From an uncultured Candidatus Entotheonella sp. (GTDB taxonomy: Bacteria > Tectomicrobia > Entotheonellia > Entotheonellales > Entotheonellaceae), in NCBI GenBank assembly GCA_965217185.1, contig OZ244252.1, positions 2,976,001-3,040,000 of the forward strand: a stretch of DNA of 64,000 nucleotides. Direction: 5' to 3'. A program made the position numbers and the translations under genes. The notes beneath the pieces were generated by a model, which was not told the origin of the DNA, made no database searches, and saw only the letters and a list, made by a program, of their open reading frames with translations. Each line of letters opens with the position of its first letter. Position 1 is the stretch's first letter. This document shows, piece after piece, positions 56,627 to 64,000 of this stretch.

Positions 56627-56824
56627 ATGAGAATGACGACAGCCGTGACGTTGACGACCTTCGCGGTGATCTGCCTGGGCGCCAGCCTGGGCTTGGCCAT
56701 CCTGTTCCGCTTCTGGCCGGAATACGGCTCCGTCGAAGCCGCCTTGGAGCGCTCGGATGACCTGGTGGCCGAAGTGGAAACCGCCGCCTCTGCCGCCGGG
56801 CACGAGGCAGAAGGAGCCGCGTGA
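56627..56824 (+). CDS. Small membrane hypothetical protein
   Basis: One TM segment and an acidic tail; GTGA overlap with the next gene. Confidence 0.5.
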   Translation: MRMTTAVTLTTFAVICLGASLGLAILFRFWPEYGSVEAALERSDDLVAEVETAASAAGHEAEGAA

Positions 56825-57636
56825 TGGTCGCCACCCAGCCCGCCCTGCAAAGCTTGACGGACCGGACGCCCCGGCAACTGCGCGAACTTATTCGCGCCGG
56901 CGAATGGCGCACCCCCACCGCCGGTCTGGCGCCGGGGTACACGCAGGCCAACGTGGCCATCGTGCCCCGCGCCCTGGCCTACGATTTCCTGCTCTTCTGC
57001 CAGCGCAACCCGCAACCCTGCCCGCTGCTCGAGGTCCTGGACGCGGGCGACGGCGAGCCGCACGAACTGGCCCCCGGCGCCGACCTGCGCACCGACGTGC
57101 CGCTTTATCGGGTCTACCGCAACGGCGAACTGAGCGATGAGACCGACACCCTGTCGGCGTATTGGCGGGACGATCTGGTCAGCTTCCTGCTGGGCTGCAG
57201 CTTTACCTTCGAGCATCCGCTGCTGGCGGCCGGCATTCGCCTCAAGCACTGGGAACTGGGTTGCAACGTGCCCATGTACGTCACCAACCGCGCCTGCAAG
57301 CCCGCCGGATGCTTCCAAGGCCCGATGGTCGTCAGCATGCGCCCCATTCCGCAATCCCAGGTGGTGCGCACGGTACAAATCACCAGCCGTTTCCCGGCCG
57401 TGCACGGCGCGCCGGTCCACGTCGGCGACCCGGCGGCGCTGGGCATCGACGACCTGCAGAAGCCGGACTTCGGCGACCCGCTGCCCCTGGAGCCCGACGA
57501 GGTGCCCGTCTTCTGGGCCTGCGGCGTCACGCCCCAGGCGGTCATGATGCAGACCAAGCCCGAAATCGCCCTCACTCACTCACCGGGCCACATGTTCATC
57601 ACCGATCGCCGCGAGAGTGACCTGATGGCTTGGTGA
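56821..57636 (+). CDS. DUF1445 / D-glutamate cyclase-like putative hydro-lyase
   Basis: [51 protein letters not shown]. Confidence 0.88.
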   Translation: MMVATQPALQSLTDRTPRQLRELIRAGEWRTPTAGLAPGYTQANVAIVPRALAYDFLLFCQRNPQPCPLLEVLDAGDGEPHELAPGADLRTDVPLYRVYRNGELSDETDTLSAYWRDDLVSFLLGCSFTFEHPLLAAGIRLKHWELGCNVPMYVTNRACKPAGCFQGPMVVSMRPIPQSQVVRTVQITSRFPAVHGAPVHVGDPAALGIDDLQKPDFGDPLPLEPDEVPVFWACGVTPQAVMMQTKPEIALTHSPGHMFITDRRESDLMAW

Positions 57637-57664
57637 CCGGCTACTTCAGGAACGAGAGGGGCGG

Positions 57665-57949
57665 CTACTGCCGGTAGACGGTGTGAACGGGCCGGTCGCT
57701 CAAAATCTGCTCCGCACCCCAGTTGACCACCTTTTTGAACTGATCGGACTGGATAAATGCCTGGAAGGCGTCTTCCGAAGACCATTCGGAGACGATAAGG
57801 TAGGATTGAAGGTCCTGAACGTCCTTGTACAGGGCCGACTTCGTGTGCCCTTCCGTCGTTTGCAAGCTTTGCAGAACGTTCTCGAAGACCTTCTCGAACT
57901 GAACTTCCTTGCCCTGCAAAACCCTGTAATTCATACCCACGGTAATCAT
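57665..57949 (-). CDS. Antibiotic biosynthesis monooxygenase (ABM) domain protein
   Basis: MITVGMNY..GKE..FE, YLIVSEW, AF..F..S..F. Confidence 0.8.
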   Translation of the reverse strand: MITVGMNYRVLQGKEVQFEKVFENVLQSLQTTEGHTKSALYKDVQDLQSYLIVSEWSSEDAFQAFIQSDQFKKVVNWGAEQILSDRPVHTVYRQ

Positions 57950-58148
57950 CTGCCTGCATCCCCTTCACAGGTCCTGTTCGTGCCTCGGCGCCAAGCGGCC
58001 ATTCTCCGGCGCCAGCCTAGCATGAAGGCGCCGGAGATGTCACTCGTTGTCCATGCTGGGTGATGGGCTCGCTTCGTGGTCTTGCGCGGGCCCAAGCTTT
58101 TGAGGAAGCGGACAGAGGTCGTCTTCTTCACGCCCTCCAATGACGATG

Positions 58149-59297
58149 TCATCGCCGGGGCCGCGGGAACTCGGCTAGCGAAAGAACGAGCCGCACCAAG
58201 TCGGCCTGCCGGGATATGCCTAGCTTGTTGTATACCTGCTTCATGAACCAACGGATGGTGCTTTCCTGCCGGCGCGTTGCGGCGGCAATGTCGCGTATGG
58301 TTCTGCCCTCGGCCAATGATACCGCCACTTGGCTCTCCGCCGGCGTGAGACCGAGGATTGATGCCACTAAATCCGGATCGATGCGCGGCTGGCTCCCCGG
58401 TTCGACGATCAGCGCCAGCGCGGCAACCCGATGGGCACTGAATTCCGCCTGACGGTTGCCCACGGGGCTCACGTGCAACGCCAACCGCAGCCGTCCGGGC
58501 GAGTGCCTAACCGCTATCGAGCCGCTGAGGTCTCCACCGCCGAAAGTCGGTAGCGCCCCCGCCAACAGCCGTTGGAGATCGGCGTCGGTTGCCGGCAAGC
58601 GGGCGCGCAGGAAGCCGTCTCGGTCCAGCAGCCCATCGCCTTGCCGCAGAAAACCACGGGCGCGGTCGTTCGCCTCGACGATCCGCCCTCGCCGGTCCAG
58701 GTGAATAACGCCGATCCGGGTATTGTCCAGCAGACCGGCAAGTGATGTTCCCAGAGCCTCAGCGCTCACCAGCGTCTGACGGATCCGGAAGAACTGACGG
58801 ATATGGGGCAAGAGACGTTCGACCATCTCGATCTGATCGGGTGCCCAGCCGTCCGCCTCGATGGGGTCTGCAATGGCCCAGATAATGCGGGATCCGTAGG
58901 GCCCGTCCATGCGCACGTTCAAGGCGTTCTGGGTGCCGGCGCGGCGCAGCATCTCGTTGTAAGTTGGAGAGGTCCTGAGCTCCTCTTCGGTGTAAAGGTC
59001 GGTGACGTGAACCACGCGGCTGTCAGGCAACTGCCTGAGGCGGGGTAGGCGTTCATCCTGGGAATGGTAGACCTCGAAGTACTCCCGCTCCAGGTCTTCA
59101 CGTCGTTGGCCTCCGTAGTAGAACCATGCCAGAAGAATGTCGACGTCGTCCCCGGTCCCCTCGGCAGCGACCAGTTCGTTACCCGTGGCGCCACAGGCCT
59201 CGTCGATCAGGGCAGCGGTTGACGGCCAGTGGGCATCGTCCAGCATGGCTTCGTGCAACGATACCAGGATGCGATCGAAAACGGTTTGTTCACTCAT
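58149..59297 (-). CDS. PAS + LuxR-HTH transcriptional regulator
   Basis: GVIHLDRRGRIVEAN (PAS-like); GLTPAESQVA...VYNKLGISRQADLV (LuxR HTH). Confidence 0.88.
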   Translation of the reverse strand: MSEQTVFDRILVSLHEAMLDDAHWPSTAALIDEACGATGNELVAAEGTGDDVDILLAWFYYGGQRREDLEREYFEVYHSQDERLPRLRQLPDSRVVHVTDLYTEEELRTSPTYNEMLRRAGTQNALNVRMDGPYGSRIIWAIADPIEADGWAPDQIEMVERLLPHIRQFFRIRQTLVSAEALGTSLAGLLDNTRIGVIHLDRRGRIVEANDRARGFLRQGDGLLDRDGFLRARLPATDADLQRLLAGALPTFGGGDLSGSIAVRHSPGRLRLALHVSPVGNRQAEFSAHRVAALALIVEPGSQPRIDPDLVASILGLTPAESQVAVSLAEGRTIRDIAAATRRQESTIRWFMKQVYNKLGISRQADLVRLVLSLAEFPRPRR

Positions 59298-59489
59298 GAG
59301 GACGCTCCTCCTCTTCTGTTGTATGATCTATTTTCTTTTATATCAACTAATACATTCTATATTTTCCTCAATTAAACAGACCTCAACACCTATCCATTCC
59401 GAGTGATCGGATGTCGGTTGTTTCGATCGGTTCGAGATGCTTCGGGTCGTGCTTTGAGGTGGGTCTCAGGGTAGGCAGCCAGTCATAAT

Positions 59490-59578
59490 GTAGGTCGGAT
59501 TAGCGAAGCGTAATCCGACGTTCCACCGCGTCCGTGGGCTTCCGCTGTCGGATTACGCCTGCGACTAATCCGACCTAC
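59490..59578. repeat. GTAG-family REP doublet (second copy)
   Basis: GTAGGTCGGATTAGCGAAGCGTAATCCGAC ... GTCGGATTACGCCTGCGACTAATCCGACCTAC. Confidence 0.88.
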
Positions 59579-59713
59579 GCGAATATGCGCTCACCGCGTC
59601 CCGGCCACGCCCCACCTTGTAGCTTCCTGGGGCGCGTGCTAAGGTTTTACGCCCTGCCGCGCCGCTGATTCACTGGCGGCTTACAAAGCAATCCCTTACA
59701 TGAGGAAGTTGTC

Positions 59714-60892
59714 ATGGCGCTCGTGGAGCGGTTGACATTCGGAATCTTCCTGGCTCCCTTTCACCGACTTGGCGAGAATCCCACCCTGGCTCTGGAACGC
59801 GACCTTGAGTTGCTGCAGTGGCTCGACCGCCTTGGCTACGACGAAGCCTGGATCGGCGAGCACCACAGCGCCGGATGGGAAACCATCGCCTCGCCCGAGG
59901 TGTTCATGGCCACGGCGGCTGAACGCACCCGTCACATCCGTCTCGGCACCGGTGTCGTCAGCCTGCCGTACCACCACCCGCTTATGGTTGCCAACCGCCT
60001 CGTCCTGCTCGACCACCTGACGCGCGGCCGCGTCATGCTCGGCGTCGGCCCCGGCGCCTTGATCACCGACGCCCACATGCTGGGCCTCAATCCCGCCCGG
60101 CAACGCGACATGATGGACGAGTCGATGACCATCATTAAACGCCTTCTGACCGAGACCGAACCCATTACCTACAAGAGCGACTGGTTTGAGTTGCGTGACG
60201 CGCTCCTGCATCTGCGGCCCTACACTCAGCCGCACTTCCCCATCGCCGTCGCCAGCGTCCAATCGCCCGCCGGCGTCGAGCTGGCCGGCAAGCACGGTGC
60301 CGGCGTCCTCTCCCTGAGCGCTTATGCGGGTGTGCGAGGCGTCGTAGCTCTCCCCGAGCAGTGGAAGATCGCCGAGGAAAGCGCCGCACTGCACGGCAAC
60401 ACCATGGACCGCCAAGGCTGGCGGCTGGTGATGCCGATTCACTTGGCCGAAACGCGCCAGCAAGCCTTCGACGAGGCACGGCACGGGGCCGCCGCGTGGT
60501 TGCAGGAGTATTTTCGCGACACATTGGGGCAACCCTTGCCGCCGGACACCGCGCCGGACGACCTCATCGAGGTGATGAGCGAAAATGGCGCCTGGCTGGT
60601 GGGCACGCCGGACGACGCCATTGCGACCATCGAACGCCTCGCCAACATCAGCGGCGGTTTTGGCGGCCTGCTGGGCCTGGCGCACGAATGGGCACCGCGT
60701 GAAAAGATTCTCCACAGCTACGAATTGCTGGCGCGCTACGTCATGCCTCGCTACAACGGCTCCCTGGCCGGCACGATCGGTTCCAATGCCTGGGCCCGCA
60801 GCGCGCGTGAGGAGTTGGGCGTCCAGCGCCAGCAAGCCATCGAAACGGCCCACGCCGAGTACGAGGCGCGTCAAGCCGCGCCCACCAGGTAA
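59714..60892 (+). CDS. LLM-class flavin-dependent monooxygenase (limonene monooxygenase-like)
   Basis: FGIFLAPFH, WIGEHHS, LGTGVVSLPYHHP, LDHLTRGR, VGTPDD. Confidence 0.9.
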   Translation: MALVERLTFGIFLAPFHRLGENPTLALERDLELLQWLDRLGYDEAWIGEHHSAGWETIASPEVFMATAAERTRHIRLGTGVVSLPYHHPLMVANRLVLLDHLTRGRVMLGVGPGALITDAHMLGLNPARQRDMMDESMTIIKRLLTETEPITYKSDWFELRDALLHLRPYTQPHFPIAVASVQSPAGVELAGKHGAGVLSLSAYAGVRGVVALPEQWKIAEESAALHGNTMDRQGWRLVMPIHLAETRQQAFDEARHGAAAWLQEYFRDTLGQPLPPDTAPDDLIEVMSENGAWLVGTPDDAIATIERLANISGGFGGLLGLAHEWAPREKILHSYELLARYVMPRYNGSLAGTIGSNAWARSAREELGVQRQQAIETAHAEYEARQAAPTR

Positions 60893-60952
60893 TGGCGGCT
60901 GAGTCTGAGCCCGCCAACCGGTCCTTCCAGGCTCCAGGAGAAGGTCTACTGC

Positions 60953-62836
60953 ATGCCCGAATCCTATGACGCCGCAGCCATTGAGGTCCTCAGTGGCCTC
61001 GACCCCGTTCGCAAGCGCCCCGGCATGTTCACCGACACCACCCGCCCTAACTACTTGGCCCACGAAGTCATCGACAACAGCGTCGACGAAGCCATCGCCG
61101 GCCACGCCAGGCGCATCGACGTCACCCTGCACGAGGACAACTCCCTGGAGGTGCGCGACGACGGACGCGGCATGCCCGTGGACCTGCACCCCGAGGAGCA
61201 GGTGCCGGGCGTGGAGGTCATCCTGACGCGCCTGCACGCCGGCGGTAAGTTCTCCAACAAGAACTACCGCTTCTCGGGCGGCCTGCACGGCGTCGGCGTG
61301 TCCGTGGTCAACGCCCTGTCCTTGCGCCTGGAGGTGGAGGTGCGGCGCGATGGGCAGGAATACCGCATGACTTTCGCCAACGGTGACAAGACGTCGGAAC
61401 TGGAAGGAGTGGGACCCTGCGGCCGCCGCACCGGCACCACCGTGCGCTTCTGGCCCGACGCGGCGTACTTCGAGACCGTCAACTTCTCCCTGCCGCACCT
61501 GCTGCACCTCCTGCGCGCCAAAGCCGTCCTGTGCCCCGGCCTGCAGGTGAAATTTCGCAATGCCAAGACCGGCGAGCAGATAGCGTGGCATTACCAGGAC
61601 GGCCTGCGGGCGTACCTGCTCGACACCCTGGACGGCTCGCCCTGCCTGCCCGACAACGCCTTCGTGGGCCGCATGGAAGACGCGCAGGAGACCGCCGATT
61701 GGGCTGTCGCGTGGCTGCCGGAGGGCGGCACCGAGGTGACGGAGAGTTACGTCAACCTGATCCCTACCTCCCAGGGCGGCACGCACGTCAACGGCCTGCG
61801 TACCGGACTCACCGAAGCCATCCGCGAGTTCTGCGAGTTTCGCAACCTGCTGCCGCGCGGTGTGCGCCTGGCCCCCGAGGATGTATGGGAATCGTGCAGC
61901 TACCTGCTGTCGGTCAAGATGCACGACCCGCAGTTCACCGGCCAGACCAAGGAGCGCCTCGCCTCCCGCCAGTGCGCCGCTTTCGTTTCCGGCGCCGTCA
62001 AGGACGCCCTCAGCCTGTGGCTGCACCAGCACACCGAGGTCGGCGAGCAGGTGGCGCTGCTGGTCATCCGCAACGCCCAGAAACGCCTGCAAAGCAGCAA
62101 GAAAGTGGTGCGCAAACGCATCACCACTGGCCCCACCCTGCCCGGCAAGCTGACCGACTGCACGGCGCAGGACTTGGCGCGCACCGAGTTGTTCCTGGTC
62201 GAGGGCGATTCCGCCGGCGGCTCCACCAAACAGGCGCGCAACAAGGAATTTCAGGCCGTCATGCCCCTACGCGGCAAGATCCTCAACACCTGGGAGGTCG
62301 ATCCCGCCCAAGTGCTCGGCTCGCAGGAGGTGCACGACATCGCCCTGGCCATCGGCGTCGAGCCGGGTTCAAGCAACCTCAACGAGTTGCGTTACGGCAA
62401 GGTCTGCATCCTTGCCGATGCCGACTCCGACGGCGCCCATATCGCCACTTTGCTCTGCGCCCTGTTCGTCCGCCATTTCCGGCCGCTGGTCAGCGCCGGC
62501 CACGTCTACGTCGCCATGCCGCCGCTATACCGTGTCGACGTGGGGCAGGATGTCTTCTACGCCCTCGACGACGCCGAGCGTGACGGCATTCTCAACCGCA
62601 TCGCCGCCGAACGCCCCAAGGGCAAGCCGACCGTGCTGCGCTTCAAGGGCCTGGGCGAGATGAACCCCCTGCAACTGCGCCACACCACCCTCAACCCTGA
62701 CACCCGCCGCCTGGTGCAGCTCACCATCGAGGCGGGCGACGGTACCTCTTCCCTCATGGACATGCTTCTGGCCAAGAAACGCGCCGCCGACCGCAAGGCG
62801 TGGCTGGAGCATTACGGCAACCTGGCGGAGGTGTAA
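60953..62836 (+). CDS. parE: DNA topoisomerase IV subunit B
   Basis: [54 protein letters not shown]. Confidence 0.95.
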   Translation: MPESYDAAAIEVLSGLDPVRKRPGMFTDTTRPNYLAHEVIDNSVDEAIAGHARRIDVTLHEDNSLEVRDDGRGMPVDLHPEEQVPGVEVILTRLHAGGKFSNKNYRFSGGLHGVGVSVVNALSLRLEVEVRRDGQEYRMTFANGDKTSELEGVGPCGRRTGTTVRFWPDAAYFETVNFSLPHLLHLLRAKAVLCPGLQVKFRNAKTGEQIAWHYQDGLRAYLLDTLDGSPCLPDNAFVGRMEDAQETADWAVAWLPEGGTEVTESYVNLIPTSQGGTHVNGLRTGLTEAIREFCEFRNLLPRGVRLAPEDVWESCSYLLSVKMHDPQFTGQTKERLASRQCAAFVSGAVKDALSLWLHQHTEVGEQVALLVIRNAQKRLQSSKKVVRKRITTGPTLPGKLTDCTAQDLARTELFLVEGDSAGGSTKQARNKEFQAVMPLRGKILNTWEVDPAQVLGSQEVHDIALAIGVEPGSSNLNELRYGKVCILADADSDGAHIATLLCALFVRHFRPLVSAGHVYVAMPPLYRVDVGQDVFYALDDAERDGILNRIAAERPKGKPTVLRFKGLGEMNPLQLRHTTLNPDTRRLVQLTIEAGDGTSSLMDMLLAKKRAADRKAWLEHYGNLAEV

Positions 62837-64000
62837 TGGCAATCGACGTGACCGACGCGACCCGGCAGACGGCCACCGTCCTGCCCGCCGCGAACGGCGT
62901 GGAACGGCTCCCCCTCAAGGCGTACACCGAGCGAGCCTACCTGTCCTATTCCATGTACGTCATCCTCGACCGCGCCCTGCCGCACGTCAGCGACGGCCTC
63001 AAACCCGTGCAGCGGCGCATCATTTACGCCATGTCGGAGCTCAACCTGTCGTCGCAGATGAAGCCCAAAAAAGCCGCGCGCACCATCGGCGACGTCATCG
63101 GCAAGTTTCATCCGCACGGCGAGACGGCCTGCTACGAGGCCATGGTGCTAATGGCGCAGCCCTTTTCGTACCGCTATCCGCTGGTCGACGGGCAGGGAAA
63201 CTTCGGCTCGCCCGACGACCCGAAATCGTTCGCCGCCATGCGCTACACCGAAGCGCGACTGACACCGTTCGCCGATATGCTGCTCTCTGAAATCGGCCAG
63301 GGAACGGTGGATTGGACGCCCAACTTCGACGGCACCCTGAACGAGCCCGTCTTCCTGCCGGCGCGCCTGCCGCACGTGCTGCTCAACGGCGCCACCGGCA
63401 TCGCCGTCGGCATGGCGACGGACATCCCGCCGCACAACCTGCGCGAGGTCGCCGCCGCTTGCATCCATCTGTTGGAAAAGCCCGCCGCTGCGGTCGCAGA
63501 ACTCTGCGAGTTCGTGCAGGCGCCGGATTTTCCCACCGCGGCGGAAATCATCACGCCGCGCGAAGAAATCGTGCGCATGTACGAGACCGGCATCGGCTCG
63601 TTGCGCATGCGGGCGCGCTACGAGCGCGAAGCGGAGGCCATCGTGGTCACGGCGCTGCCGTATCAGGTCTCCGGCTCCAAGGTCCTGGAGCAGATCGCCG
63701 GTCAGCTTCGTGCTAAGAAGCTGCCCATGGTGGTCGATCTGCGCGACGAGTCGGACCACGAAAACCCCACCCGCCTGGTCATCGTGCTGTCGTCCGCGCG
63801 CACCCCGGCAGACACCGTCATGTCGCACCTCTTTGCCACCACCGACCTGGAACGCACCTACCGCGTCAATTTCAACATGATCGGGTTGGACAAGCGCCCG
63901 CAGGTGAAGAATTTGCGCGCCGTGCTGACGGAATGGCTGGCGTTCCGCGCCGACACCGTGCGCCGGCGCCTGCAGTTCCGGCTCGACCGCGTGCTGCAGC
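62836..64000 (+). CDS. parC: DNA topoisomerase IV subunit A, 3'-truncated by the window edge
   Basis: ATG overlaps the parE stop; translates [54 protein letters not shown]. Confidence 0.95.
   Translation, partial: MAIDVTDATRQTATVLPAANGVERLPLKAYTERAYLSYSMYVILDRALPHVSDGLKPVQRRIIYAMSELNLSSQMKPKKAARTIGDVIGKFHPHGETACYEAMVLMAQPFSYRYPLVDGQGNFGSPDDPKSFAAMRYTEARLTPFADMLLSEIGQGTVDWTPNFDGTLNEPVFLPARLPHVLLNGATGIAVGMATDIPPHNLREVAAACIHLLEKPAAAVAELCEFVQAPDFPTAAEIITPREEIVRMYETGIGSLRMRARYEREAEAIVVTALPYQVSGSKVLEQIAGQLRAKKLPMVVDLRDESDHENPTRLVIVLSSARTPADTVMSHLFATTDLERTYRVNFNMIGLDKRPQVKNLRAVLTEWLAFRADTVRRRLQFRLDRVLQ

Noticed and set aside
59696..62092. 798-aa minus-strand ORF
   Set aside because: Antisense shadow across the LLM monooxygenase and parE genes.

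Overview
A GC-rich Gram-negative bacterial chromosome segment; the gene repertoire is reminiscent of Tectomicrobia/Entotheonella-like or deltaproteobacterial organisms, but that is inference only. Most of it is housekeeping or metabolic: a complete tol-pal-cpoB operon, a TRAP transporter, greA, mutM, cinA, parE-parC, methylmalonyl-CoA mutase and many oxidoreductases. Notable elements: (1) a DUF2946/CruR-like leader ORF (CxxC ... RAPP arrest motif) upstream of a porin-like protein with a His/Met/Asp-rich repeat insert and a ZnuABC-like transporter (45.9-51.1 kb), a candidate metal-sensing ribosome-stalling uptake system; (2) a defence/toxin-antitoxin island (38.0-44.9 kb) with a type IIG-like restriction-modification gene frameshifted by a 7-bp tandem duplication, a HEPN protein, a PIN toxin gene broken by a 115-bp CTAG-flanked MITE carrying a perfect 40-bp palindrome, and an intact plus a degenerate HigBA copy; (3) a PQQ dehydrogenase with the lanthanide-type D-Y-D motif but Gln at the usual Asn ligand position; (4) a bacterial family-B DNA polymerase next to a non-canonical sulfatase-fold gene; (5) a 5'-truncated dynamin-like GTPase; (6) two GTAG-type REP doublets. 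No rRNA, tRNA or CRISPR array was recognised. All family assignments come from motif recognition by eye, not database searches.
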